From Squalus acanthias (Eukaryota), in assembly GCA_030390025.1 (NCBI GenBank), contig CM059429.1:114266001-114330000 (forward strand): a stretch of DNA of 64,000 nucleotides, written 5' to 3'. The notes under the pieces were generated by a model. That model had not been told where the DNA came from, searched no databases, and saw only the letters and a list, made by a program, of their open reading frames with translations. Both the position numbers and the translations under genes were made by a program. Shown here piece after piece: positions 1 through 11,704 of the stretch (positions are counted from its first letter, which is position 1; every line of letters begins with the position of its first letter).

Positions 1-473
1 TATGAGGAAGACCCTACCTATTATAGGTAAACTAACACTGCTTTGCACTGTCCCCTCCCTCATCTTGATCAAATGAAAAATACAGCAAATATGGAAAAGA
101 CAAATCAATCTCCTGTCTCTTCCCATTCTATTTTTGCAGATAATAATGCACTAATTATACAGTGCATTCACACTACAAATTTAGAACGGGTTTCAGCTTC
201 ACACAAATGATTAAAACTATGGCGTGTAAGATGGGTATTAAGGCCCGAGCTGACTCAGAAAGGAAACAGAATGAGATTCTCATCTCTTCACTCTAGTGCC
301 ATATATGGTCCTGATTCCAGTTTAAGTTATATTTGCATTATAACTGCAATGTCGGTGTGAAACGAAACTGCTTCGTGCCAAGTTAGTTATAGTATGAATG
401 CATTCTTATTTTATTTTTGCCCACCCACCAATAGTGTTCTGTTAGTCTTGCAGAATTTGCCCTTTTGATTTTT

Positions 474-492
474 TATATATATATATATATAT
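474..492. repeat. (TA)n microsatellite
   Basis: Direct TA dinucleotide run. Confidence 0.9.
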
Positions 493-499
493 TGTGATT

Positions 500-3250
500 G
501 TTGTTGATTATTACACGCAGACATACACTTTTATAAGTAGTTGGTATAGTATGCAGAAAGCGTGGTTCAGTGTGCATGACAGCAGTGAAGAGCAAGTTGT
601 ATGAGAAGGCTGCGGAAGTCCCCGGGATTGGTTCTGATGAGTGTTATTGGTTATTAGGCTACTGCTGTACTGTTGCAGAAAGGTTGGATTCTTTAACTGC
701 ATCACTATAGCTTTATGAACTTCCACAAGTAGATGGGTTAATGGGCTGGGCTGGATGGGGAAGTTATCAACATGCCACCCTGCCATTGACGGTATACCAA
801 GAATGAGAAGCAGATTTTAAATAGTGTCTCCTAATTCATACTTGGTACATCTTTTTTGGGAGTGAGCTGGAGAAGGGGATTCACTTGCCTCCACTTCAGT
901 GAGATGCACTGTTGGGCTACAGTTAGGAAGACTACATAGTTTGCCAGTGCTCCAGGGGAACCACTATGGAAAGACCAAGAAGGCATTACTTGTCGCCTTG
1001 GCTTGAGGTCATGCTCAGTGATCTTTCAAATTTCTCAACCCAATTTTTTGCCGGTAGAGCTTCATCTTTGGGCGCGACCAGAAAATGCGCAAAATTGTGC
1101 ACACTCCAGCTTTTATCCAAAGCTTCAGGTTTGCACTTGTGTAGAGTAGACGGAGGGTGGGTAGTGTATAACGTCCAATGGTCGATTTTTAATTTGCTCT
1201 CTTTAAATTTGTTGCAGGCAGTAGTCTGTTCGCACTTCTTTGCAAACGGATTCCCACTCACTCTAGTGCTTGTTCGGATTCCTCTCCCGGGCTATCTTTG
1301 TATCTGTATTGTCCAAGCGCATGTATATCCCTGAGAAATTACATTGATGGTGTTTTTATGTTGGTGGTCAGAGCATTCTGATTAATATTGTCTTTTAGGA
1401 AGTTTTGATCTGCAAGTAATGAAAGATAGCAATCTGTTTCAGCTGTAGTTTATTTCAGCGGGCATTGGGGATTTAATGATTCCATTGTCAAGGGCCCTTT
1501 GGAAGCCCATGCCATGCCAAGGCCTGAGTGACCACCTGGAGCTGCCAGTGGAATACCATGGTTTTGCTACATGGGTGATACCATTAACAATGTGTATATA
1601 ATAATGGCCTACATCTCACCAAATTTACTGAATGGTGAGAGGGAAAGGACTTTGAGTCTGTGAGCATGAAAACATAGGGGAGGTGCACAGTGGGGAGGGG
1701 GTGATACCTTTGCTCCACATAGGTATGATCTGGTGGGCACAGTACTATTTTCTGGACTTATACCACCCAGTCGTAATGGTAATGTTGGCGGGGGGTGGGG
1801 AGCGGTGGCAGAGAGAATGAGTCATCCTTTTTTTTGGATAACTGAAGTTTTTGTTATTTCCTTTTTTGGGGCTTTCCAAAGAAACTTGTTGATACAGCAG
1901 TTTGGGTCAGCAAAGATCATTTGAGGATCCTAACTGGGAGTATTTGGAGGAGGTATAGGAATCTAGCCGTGTGGAATCTTCACTAAATGCTGAGTCTGCC
2001 CAGTTGGGAGATTAAAAGGGATATGCCACTGAGTATTCTCAGGAAGTTGGTTTTGTAGAGTGTAGTGCTGGGGAGTTTTTAATGGTCAAGGTGCACTATT
2101 TGCCTCCCAGGCTGGCCTGTTTTTTTAGTGTAGTTTATTTTGTAACCAAATTGTTTTACGCAGGCTGTGCTATTGAGATGAGGCATTCTTTGTCATCACT
2201 GAGGATCTTATTTGCGTACAGCGAGATTTTGTGTTCGGTACCAGCCACACGAATCACATGTATGTTTGGGTGGGTGCAGATTTCTGTGGCAAATGATGAT
2301 GAGGGGGAGAGTGGACGTTGCTGCCGCGTACTCTCATTGAACTCAAGATTGGGAAAGTTAGATCATTAGTGGATGCTCAATTAAAGGAGGTGATCCATTT
2401 AATGAAGTGTTCTCCAAAACTCGTTATGTCCAGCACATCCTCAAATAGTAGAAATTTGAATACAGAAGGAGGCAATTTGACTCCCTGTGCCTGTCCAAGA
2501 AGGCTATTCCTCTCTGTCAAATGTTTTTCAGCATCCAGGGACAGTACAATGGTAGGTTGCTGGGGAGACGTCAGACATTGTTAAACTGAGTGTCTCCCAC
2601 AGAAAAAGCCTGTCTGGTTCCACTGTACCAGGTTGGGATTCAAGCTGTTCTGTGCAAAGTTCATATTTTGGCCAGTATTTTAGAACCACAGAGAAGTGAC
2701 TACTCGCAAGCACAGTTCATTGGGTATATACACTTCTTGTGGATGATTAAAATGTATACATCACCCCACATGCTTGGGAATGTGCCATTGTTGTTCCTGT
2801 ATTTAATTGTGCCACATGGCAAGGTGGCCATTTTAGGGGCCTGGGTTTTTGAAAAACCTTCCCATGAATGTTTCAGGACCTGGGGTTCCACTGCTCTACA
2901 CAGCCTGAATTTTGGTTTGCATCTTCCAGAGGAATCCAGTGAACACTCAGTGGGGGTAATTTTGACCAGGTGATAGTGTAAAACGAGCGATATCCAATCA
3001 GCCACCCATCAATGAAAATGAAAATTGATAGAGATGTTTAACGGGTGGCTGATCTGATATCGCCCAGTCAAAATTACCCCCAATGTCTCTAAGTTGGGAG
3101 AGTGGAAGGCTGGTCAAGTATTTGTGTGTTCCTGGTTGACATTGTGGATTCAGAGTTGCACAGGTTTGTGTAAAATTTAGTGAATTCCAGGTTTCTTTTT
3201 CTGGACTCGAAGGTTAAAATCACTGGATATCTGTATGGCCTACGATATAC
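500..3250 (-). mobile_element. Heavily decayed L1/Tx1-clade LINE ORF2 relic
   Basis: Minus-strand peptide remnants occur in the expected order: FYTNLCNSE (~3150-3180), SLDAEK-FDRE (~2510-2545), HPNIHVIRVAGTEHKISLYANKIL (~2200-2275; L1-type KISLYADD motif), TTACNKFKESKLKIDHWTLY (~1170-1230) and a C-terminal VHKAIVMQLKNP (~690-730). Many stops and frameshifts. Confidence 0.7.
2952..3081. mobile_element. 130-bp palindromic MITE (PIF/Harbinger-like) inserted in the L1 relic
   Basis: Perfect 15-bp TIR GGGGGTAATTTTGAC/GTCAAAATTACCCCC. Internal inverted repeat GCGATATCCAATCAGCCACCC/GGGTGGCTGATCTGATATCGC. Flanks AGT/AAT form an imperfect 3-bp TSD. Confidence 0.8.
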
Positions 3251-3763
3251 CTCCCAAACCCAAGACATGCAAACAGGAAATTGTCTCTCTTTTTAGTGTC
3301 TTTATCCCAAAAGGGAACACATGGGACACTGACCCTTCAAGAAATTTCTGACCAGCGTGTCAGGTAATCTTTCCTACTCTTTAGAATATAACACCTCATT
3401 CTGGATTGTGTCTTTAATTCATTTTCTCCTATCATTCACAACAAATGTAGCGCCTCTCACTACAAAAAACGTTATCACTGGTTATTGGATTTGTTTTGTT
3501 ATGTTAAAAGCAGTTTAGCACTAACTGGCCTCAGTGTCCCCAGGCTATGGACTGGAAAAAAATCAGGCAGTGTTTCTGATCCATGAACTTCAAGAATTGC
3601 AGAGAGAATATTGGGAAATGGAGTGATTTAGTCTTTTTCTAGTCTTGACCAAATAGAGAGGAGCTATCTTCAAGTTTTTCTTTGTGATCTGAAAGTTGCT
3701 AAGTTTTACATGCTCTTTCACCATTGCCATTTTGGGTTTTAGCCCTCCACAGGCTTATACTTG

Positions 3764-3901
3764 GAACAACAGAAAACGCTGGCTTTCCTGCTTTTTTTTC
3801 CAGTTCTGACGAAAGGTCTTCGACCTGAAACGTTAACTCTGTTTCTCTCTCCACGGATGCTGCCTGGCCTGCTGAGTTTTTCCAGCATTTTCTGTTGTTA
3901 T
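3764..3901 (+). mobile_element. Short Penelope-like (pseudo-LTR) insertion with 15-bp target-site duplication
   Basis: Direct repeat ACAGGCTTATACTTG at 3749-3763 and 3902-3916. Inverted ends AACAACAGAAAACGCTGG / CCAGCATTTTCTGTTGTT. The body matches the copies at 22146-22352, ~34980-35110 and ~35935-35970. Confidence 0.8.
3802..3838 (+). ncRNA. Minimal type I hammerhead ribozyme motif
   Basis: AGTT-CTGACGA-A-AGGTC-ttc-GACCT-GAAA-C-GTT-AACT: core CUGANGA and GAAA, 5-bp stem II, stem I AGTT/AACT, and palindromic ACGT stem III, as in Penelope-associated minimal hammerheads. Activity is untested. Confidence 0.7.
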
Positions 3902-4469
3902 ACAGGCTTATACTTGTTAGTTAGACCAATCAACACTGCCTGGGCCACAAGCTGATGCCATATGTTCTGTTTCTAACTTCTGTCTTGAATGTTACAGACC
4001 ATTCTCACTGATCAGCTCACATGAAGCATTTTTACACCATCATTTAAGCTGCGAATCTGCTCTAAACTCAACACCGGCATCGACACAACTGACTTCATTT
4101 GCTGCAAGGTGGTCCTGACTGCAAGGATTATAAAGCAGTGAGACACAGAAATATGCCTAGGTTAGATAGGGAATCACATGTTTCAGGCAATGTGCTTGGA
4201 AATTCCCTGAAGAACATTTATAGTTCTGCCACATTCTGCACCATTTGTGCAGCTAGAGATGCCTTTGGAGACCACTCGCACTTGCATCGATTCCTGCAGC
4301 AGCAATCTTATGGTTCTGGTGCCATCAGTCACATTTTCAACTGATACTATCATTTTGTTGTCTCTGCTGGGCTTAGAGCAGAATTTGCACTGTAAAAGGT
4401 TGTGAAGCTTAGGATAGAAAGATAGTAGTTAAAATTGAAGATTTCTGCCTGAAGCAGTGCCAATTTAAA

Positions 4470-4901
4470 AAAAAAATCATTCTCTGGATGCGGGTGTCAC
4501 CGGCAAGGCTGGCATTTATTGCCCATCCCTAGTTGCCCTTGAGAAAATAGTGGTGGGCTTGCTTCATGAACAGCTGCAATTCTTTGTAGCGGTTTGATAC
4601 AACTGAATGGCTTTCTAGACCACTTCAGAGGGCAATTAACAATCAACCACATTAATGTGGGACTGGAGTCACATAGGCCAGGCCGGGTAAGGTCAGCAGG
4701 TTTCCTTCCCTAAAGGACACAAGTGAACCAGTTGGGTTTTTACGACAATCCGACAGCTCCACTTTTACTGATACGAGCTTTTTATTTCCAGATTTTGTAA
4801 ACTCAATTCAAATACTACCGTGGTGGGATTTGTATTCACCTCCTCTGAATTATTAGTCCATGCCGACAGATTATTCCTAGCTCAATAACACTACCGTGCC
4901 C
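4470..4901 (-). mobile_element. tRNA-derived SINE sharing its 3' tail with LINE family B
   Basis: The 3' end (minus: ...GGGCAACTAGGGATGGGCAATAAATGCCAGCCTTGCC...) matches the 3' ends of the LINEs at 18028, 32165, 48480 and 57107. The body matches the copy at 48185-49163. Confidence 0.8.
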
Positions 4902-5846
4902 AATTTGTTTGTTCATTCTGTACTGGATATTTTTAATTCATATATTTTACTTATAAATGTTTAATTTTCACCTGTTCTTTGGATCCCCTTGAGCCAATGC
5001 ATCCTTCTCCAGCTGAGAGGCTACCAGGTGACGAGCTGTATATTGTGTCAATGCCACTGTATAAGTGTCTACCAGAAGGGGAAGGTTGACTTGGGATTTT
5101 GTTTCCTCTCCTGTTCAGTTTGTCACTTCCCAAAGTGACTCCAGTGATGGATGTTTCTTAATTAGCATTTCAGATGGTGTCTCTGAACTGCTTGTCTGTT
5201 AACTTTTTTGTCAAGGAATCCGAAGTGGCACTTGCTTGGATGGGAGGTGAATGGAGATCATGTGAGGCAGCCAGGAAATGGTGCCCATTGAACATGTTAT
5301 CCTCCTCTGCTTCTCCCCATAGTTCATATGTTATTACAGCGCATTTCCGCACTTCGAAAAAAAACTTGTAATTTCACGTTTTGTCACCTGAACAGTTTAA
5401 GGTAGCAAATGCATAGGTTAACAAAATAATTTTTAACATTTCTTGAGGTCAGGGGGCTGTAGCACTCCCGAATATCTGGTCATTCATTTTATTGTTGAGG
5501 CAATGGGGAGACTGATGTTTTACAGCGTACTGTTTCATGTAGTTACTCATTCTGTACCTTCAGATAGATCTATTGTGTGCTGTGGTTCAACATGGGTGTA
5601 TAGAAGAATGTATAACAAATTCTAGGAATTTTAACTGTTTGTGGTCCAGTAAAGTGGAGATGATTCTTTACATGAGTTAAACATCAGCCTGGATGAGCCA
5701 TTGACCTAAAAGATGTATTTTTTATACTGGACAGGTTTCCTAACCTTCAATTACAAATGTATGTACACCTATTCTAACATTGTTCCACCATTGACCCTCT
5801 ACATGGAAGAGTGTCTGAGTTCATGTAAAAGTTGACACTGCAGTGA

Positions 5847-5908
5847 CTGGTTTGTTATTTATGGTTGTGGCAGTTATCTGGTTTGTTATTAATGGTTGTG
5901 CCAGTTAT
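5847..5908. repeat. 31-bp tandem duplication
   Basis: CTGGTTTGTTATT(T/A)ATGGTTGTG(G/C)CAGTTAT twice. Confidence 0.85.
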
Positions 5909-8900
5909 CAGGGTACCGACAGACATGTAGGGCTTAAGATAGATTTTGCTGCACGAAGGTTACATGCTTTGCAAAGAATGCCTGAAAATTTACAGAGGCT
6001 TTTCTACAGATAACTACTTGAACTGGGTATGACCGTATTTTCACAAATATAGACCACAGCTTAAATGATATTTGTGTAACGGTTGGTGGTGCCTATGTTA
6101 ATGATTTTTGTTGTGCATCCTTCTATTCCTTGGTAGCTTGCTGTGGGTTGGGGTAATCAAGGTCCGCTGTTCTCCACGAACTAATCTGGATCCAGCTCAA
6201 CTCAGTTAGGTCCGTGGATCGATCCTACCCAAACCTGAGCAGGCAAATATTCAGGGATGGGCAGTTGACTGGAGTAGGAGCTCATTCCTGGACTGTGATT
6301 TCTTGAGCTGCTTTGGTTCAGCATTCTCTTTACCACTCTAATGATTGATCCTTTTACTACCAACTGGGGAACTAGTTTATTTGACAGTTACACCAATCAG
6401 TCAGTAATTGCAGTAATTTACAAATGACCAATGAACTGTTGAGCCAATCACCGGCAGAAGATGACTACCCTACTGATGCACAAGTGCTGTCAAATTCAAG
6501 CATGTGAAAGCTGGCATTAAAAATAATGCGTACATAAAGGTAGTTGTACCTAAACTTTAATCTAAGCAGTTGTGTGATCTCCCTGTCTTCTTACATGCTG
6601 TGAATGAAAGGATTCAGTCTGTAGTTGTGCAAATATGATAGATGTCTGCATTTTATTAACCAGTTTTCACTGAAATTCCAGATAAAGTTCAGTCTTTGGA
6701 TTAAAAACCTCGTTTGAAGAAATTAAAATTTCCCAAAAGTGTTCTTTTAAAGCACTGGATGCACCACAAGTAGGCTATGAATTTTGTATAATATTTTATA
6801 GGTTTTGTAAATACATTTAAGACATGGTACACATAAGTCAAAAGCAACTTTATGTAGCAATTAAACTTTTTTGTGTGTGTCTTGTAAGCATACTAATATT
6901 ACTAATATCATTACAATGGCTATTTATTTCATTTTGTAACATATAATATAATTCTGTGGCATTGTTCGAAAAACAACAAGCAGTTCTTCCGGTTTCCAGG
7001 ACACCATTCCTCCACCAAGAGGAGATCTTCATGCATCCCATTGCTGGTTGTGGAATCTTTCTGTGATCTTTTAATTTCTTTTCAAATTATCCATCTCCTT
7101 GATTCTGCTGGGCCCTCTGCTATTGAGAGGGTGAGTCGTGTCTCACCACTGCCACTTCTCTGTATCAGAAGTCCATGTAAGAAGGCTCTGCCATTCATTT
7201 CCCTCTGGACATCTTCGTCGTTCAGCTCGTCAACTAAGCAAAATAAAGGGTGGAACCTTTTTCCCTCCCACTGCCAACTAGTCACTTGCCAGATTACTGA
7301 TTTATTTCCCATTTTTGATTTGATTTTGATTTTCTCTGGGCTATGCTAAGTTCCCCCGGTGAGTGGGAAGACAGGAGACCTATCCTGAGGCCTCTTAAAT
7401 AAACTGCAAGGAGTTGCATGAAGGCGAGCAAGAATAGCTCACCTTTTAATTTTTCCTTCCCTCTGTACAGGCGCAAATTCATGCCTTGCTACCCTGTAGC
7501 ACTACCTGTTGGATCACCAACACCTTGTGCCATTGGTAGCACCTATTACAGAAAGTGTTGGTAAGGAAAGAGTCCAGATTTTATGAGCTTGAATTGACTA
7601 AAATTGCATGAAGATATAAATTGGTCTACAAACTGAATATGTCCGCTTGGAACATGTTTCAAAGGCTTGGTGTAGCTTGAGGTACAGATTTTGTCACCTG
7701 AACCCCCTCTGTGTTGCCCTTTGTAACATATTCTCACAAGTGTTATGCTCCATTTGTTTTTATACTGATAAATGACACTGTAAGCTAATACTGTCACAGA
7801 TTTTTTTAAAAAGGCTTCATTAAGTTCTGCACAGTGCTCACCATATCAGATTTTTTTGTCGGAGAACATTTGCACGCATGGATGCATGTAACATCGATTC
7901 ACTGTGCTTGATGCATGGAGCCTATGTTCCAGATGCCTATTTCAGCACAATTGCTGGTTTTATTACAATTTCCAAGCCACTCAAAAGATTTATCAGGACT
8001 CCCTGCCCTGATTGTTACCCAGTGACACTGTGTGGATGTTGATCACAAGATCCAACAACTTGCAAGCACTCAGGAGTCTGTGCTTGAACTTGAGGAACAA
8101 CACAACTGTTTGGGTGAAGCGTGGCCATGGAACTGTACTCCAGCATGAGTCACCATGTGCAGCAGAGAAGAGGAAAACTGGGAGCTGGGAGGAGTTTGTA
8201 TTTTCAGTACCAGATTCTCTACCCCAGACCCTGCTGGAGCCCTTGTGATCCATTCATTTCTGAAGTAGTGTCAGTTGGGGTCAACCTCATCAGTCCCTCT
8301 GGATGTTAGCCACTCCAAGACAATATCAGCCACAGAGCAAAACCCCCACCTCAGGATTTAGGTGGGCCACTTGTGAGAATTCCTCAGATGCTACTCAGAA
8401 GGAAGAAATATTACTGTTCCTTCTAGCTACCCACCTTTCCACCAGTTGAATTGGTGTGTGGATTCCACAGTATGGATGCTTTGTTTATCTCTGATCTTGT
8501 GTATGAACAGGACTAAATCTATTTGAGATTTGAGAGCTCTTTGTGTCCTGTGGTCTAGGCTTTGGCCATGAGCATATTGTGAACAAATTTTGTGATAAAC
8601 CAGTGCAGGGAGATGAAGGCTCCTCCCAAGATTGGAAAAAAAGCACCCAAGAACATTCGTATAATTTTTAATCAGTATTTTAATATTGATCAGAAAATAA
8701 ACACTGTTGTGCCCTATTTTAGCACTGGGTGAGATTTCTTGAACTGTACCATAAAAGGGAAGCTTTGTGATGTGAGAAAAATTGGCTGAACTTAAGGCCA
8801 TTTCCAAACAAAGGTTAACAAAGTGGATAGTGAAATACATCATTTATTTTGTGGACAGGAATTTTTGGGGTTTGATTTAAGGGGCATTATATTAGATTAA

Positions 8901-9094
8901 TTTCAACTTCTTTGACTAATCTTGGTCTTAGTTGAGAGCCTCGGGAGAGATAGAGTAGGAAAAAAGGTGACATTGTTAATCAGAAACCCATTACAGCACT
9001 GGCACATAGGGATGATTAGAGAGGGTATTGTAGTAGTTGCGCATGCGCAGTCTAAGTGTTTTTTTTTGGTCGTTCGCTTCACGACACACGGGCT

Positions 9095-9510
9095 CGGGGG
9101 GGGGGGAAAAAGCTGGGAACGGTGCGGGCCTTCGGGACTGTAGGAAAAAAGCCAGGAACGGAGCGGGCCTTCGGGACTGTAGGGGGGAAAAAACGGGAAG
9201 GGAGCAGGCTGTGTAGGGGGGAATAAAAAGCCGGGAAGGGAGCAAAAGTGAGAAGTCGCACAACACCAGGTTATAGTCCAACAGAAGGAGCAGCGCTCCG
9301 AAAGCTTGTGATTTCAAATAAAGCTGTTGGACTATAACCTGGTGTTGTGCGACTTCTCACTTTTGTCCACCCCAGTCCAACACCGGCATCTCCGCATCAT
9401 GGGAATGGAGCAGGCACTGTTTAAAAAAAAAAGCCAGGATGGGAGCGGGCTCTGTTTGCGGGGGCGGGGGGGAATGCCGGGAAGGGAGTGGGATCGGTGG
9501 GGGGGAAGCA
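9095..9510. repeat. G/A-rich degenerate tandem repeat (about 30-40 bp unit), interrupted by a Penelope-like insert
   Basis: Repeated GGAAC/GGGAAGGGAGCGGGC..CTGTAGG..AAAAAAGCC units on both sides of 9243-9400. Confidence 0.65.
9243..9400 (+). mobile_element. Penelope-like pseudo-LTR fold-back (second family) with truncated hammerhead
   Basis: Perfect 42-bp inverted repeat at 9243-9284 / 9324-9365. The loop holds GAA-GGAGC-agc-GCTCC-GAAA-GCTT (stem II, GAAA and palindromic AGCT) plus AATAAA. Confidence 0.75.
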
Positions 9511-9594
9511 GAAACATCATTGATATCAGCTTCCAGATGAATGCGCAGAATGCTTCTGCGCAGCTTCCAGTCGTTGGCAGCAGTCACTCCGATC

Positions 9595-9990
9595 GTAGAA
9601 TCATACAGCACAGAAGGAGTCCATTCGGCCCATTGTGCTTGTGCCAGCTCTTTGAAAGCGCTATCCAATTAGTCACACTCCCCTGCTCTTTCTCCATAGC
9701 ACTGCAAATTTTTCTATTGAAGTATATATCCAATTCCCTTTCAAAATTTATTAATGAATCTGCTTCCACCACCCTTTCAGGCAGTGCATTCCAGATCATA
9801 GCAACTCGCCGTGTAAAAAAAAAAAACTCATCTACCCCCTGGTTCTTTTGCCAATCTTAAATCTATGTCCTCTGATTATCGATCCTCCTGCCAGTGGAAA
9901 CTCTTTCTCCTTATTTACTCTATCAGAACCCCTCATAATTTCTAACAAATCTTCCCCTTAACCTTCTCTGCTCTAAGGAAAACAATCCCA
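9595..9990 (-). mobile_element. CR1 LINE 3' fragment
   Basis: IWNALPERVVEADS and LGLFSLEQRRLRG peptides; CR1 3' UTR ending in an ATGATTCT tail. Confidence 0.9.
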
Positions 9991-11704
9991 GGCAGTGCAA
10001 AAGCTGAATCTGTTTAGAGTCGATGGATAAGAAGGGAATTGTTACTCTTTTGGGAGTATAATAAAGGCTGCTGAACAATGGAAAGAAATAGAGGAAGAGA
10101 ATTGTAGACAAATTCGAGGAAAAAGTGTGGAGACAACAGGGCCATAATAATGGGCAACTTCAGTTATCCAAAGTTAGATTGGGTTGAAAGTAAAGTAAGT
10201 AGGATAGAAGGGTAGGAGTTTCTCCAGTGTATTGAGGACTGCTTTGTAGATCACTGTTTTTAGTCCAATAAGGAAAGATCCAGGAAATTAAGTAAGGCAA
10301 GTACATAATGTAAGGGTAGCAGGATATCAAGGAAACAACAATCATAACATATAGATTTGATATCAAATTGAACTAAGAGGGAACAATAAGATTATTTGAC
10401 TGGGGGGAAAAAATAAGGTTTTTTTCTCCCTCTCCTTCCTCTAAGTTTCCCCTTCGCTCTGTCTCCTCATCTGTATATTTGCAATCTTTCTGTAAACCTC
10501 ATAGTTAATTTTCTCTATGTCTTCGGTCACATATCTCGTGCCTTACTTATTTGGCTGAGTATGAGTCACCTTCTGCATAATCTGTAACTCATTTTAAATA
10601 AAAGCTGTGAAAATGAAGTGAAGGCAGACGTGGTTGAACAGAGCTGTTCATGCTGGTAGATTTTCTATCATATTGAAGTCTCTTTCCTTGGAAAATAATG
10701 ATCACATGCAATATTGACTAAGCCCAGAGTTTTCTGGTATCCTTCGAAAAATGTAAAGTTGATTTATGGTTTTCAGTGGAAAAAATGACAACAGAATTGG
10801 GGAATTTGATCCCCAAAACACCAGTAAAACTTTCCAAATCTTGTATAATAAAAATGGAATTAATGCATTCATTCCCCCTAAATCAGTGGCCCTAGCCCTA
10901 GCACAAGACAAAATATAACCGGAGAAAGCCAAGAGCCATGGGTCTTTTAAATACCACGATAAGATTATTATACCTGTAAGTCATTCTGTCCTCTTGCCCA
11001 TTGGCACCCCTGTTTTGCTGAGTTGAGATTTTTTTTTCTTACTTACTAGTAATAGTGAACATACACGTGCCCTCTTTCTGCCACTGGATATAACAGAATT
11101 TAGGAATATACCAACTGCCTCTTGCAGGGGAACAACAGCTCAGCATCTGTTGAGACCAGACCATTGCCTAAGCGAGCAGCCTGGGAGAGAGCAGTCGTTG
11201 GTTGCACAACAGAAGTCGGTCATTGTAGGGGATTCATTGCTGCGAACCAAATGGTTATCAGGAACAGATGAGACATGCTCACCATGAACCAATCATGTCG
11301 GTGATTTTCAGAGCAGTGAAAGCTGTGGCAGTTACATTTTTAACTGAAAGGGCATGGAATTTAGTGGCCGTGACTAAAATGACCGTGTACTGTGTACAAT
11401 TCTGGGAAGCGCTTCGGGAAGCTTTTCTACGTTAAAGGCACTATAAAAATTCAGATTTTTACTGCACATGCCTTCTAGTTGAGTCAAATGAAATGATGGT
11501 TAAATCAGAAGTTACTGACTCTGGATTCTTTAGTTTGAATTCATATGAATTTGACACCCTTTTTTGTATATTGAACACGGTAGGGAACCAGTGTACTGTC
11601 ACTTTCCAGTCACTGTACAGCACTTTCGGGCAGTGTAACTCAACGGTGAGATCCCGATCCGACTTTAAGAAGCAGCAGAGTGAGCCTGTCTCAAGCGGTC
11701 CATC

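Noticed and set aside
1-146. Possible exon end TATGAGGAAGACCCTACCTATTATAG|gtaaac with acceptor tttttgcag| at 139 (YEEDPTYYR, then stop)
   Set aside because: It does not match the end of RB1 exon 17 (…ESLAWLS), the donor is weak, and 26 nt at the window edge is too little to call.
6960-7312. Minus-strand ORF remnants (ISSWWRNG; DELNDEDVQRE) suggestive of a hAT transposase C-terminus
   Set aside because: Only a WW-type hint, with no TIRs or further motifs recognised.
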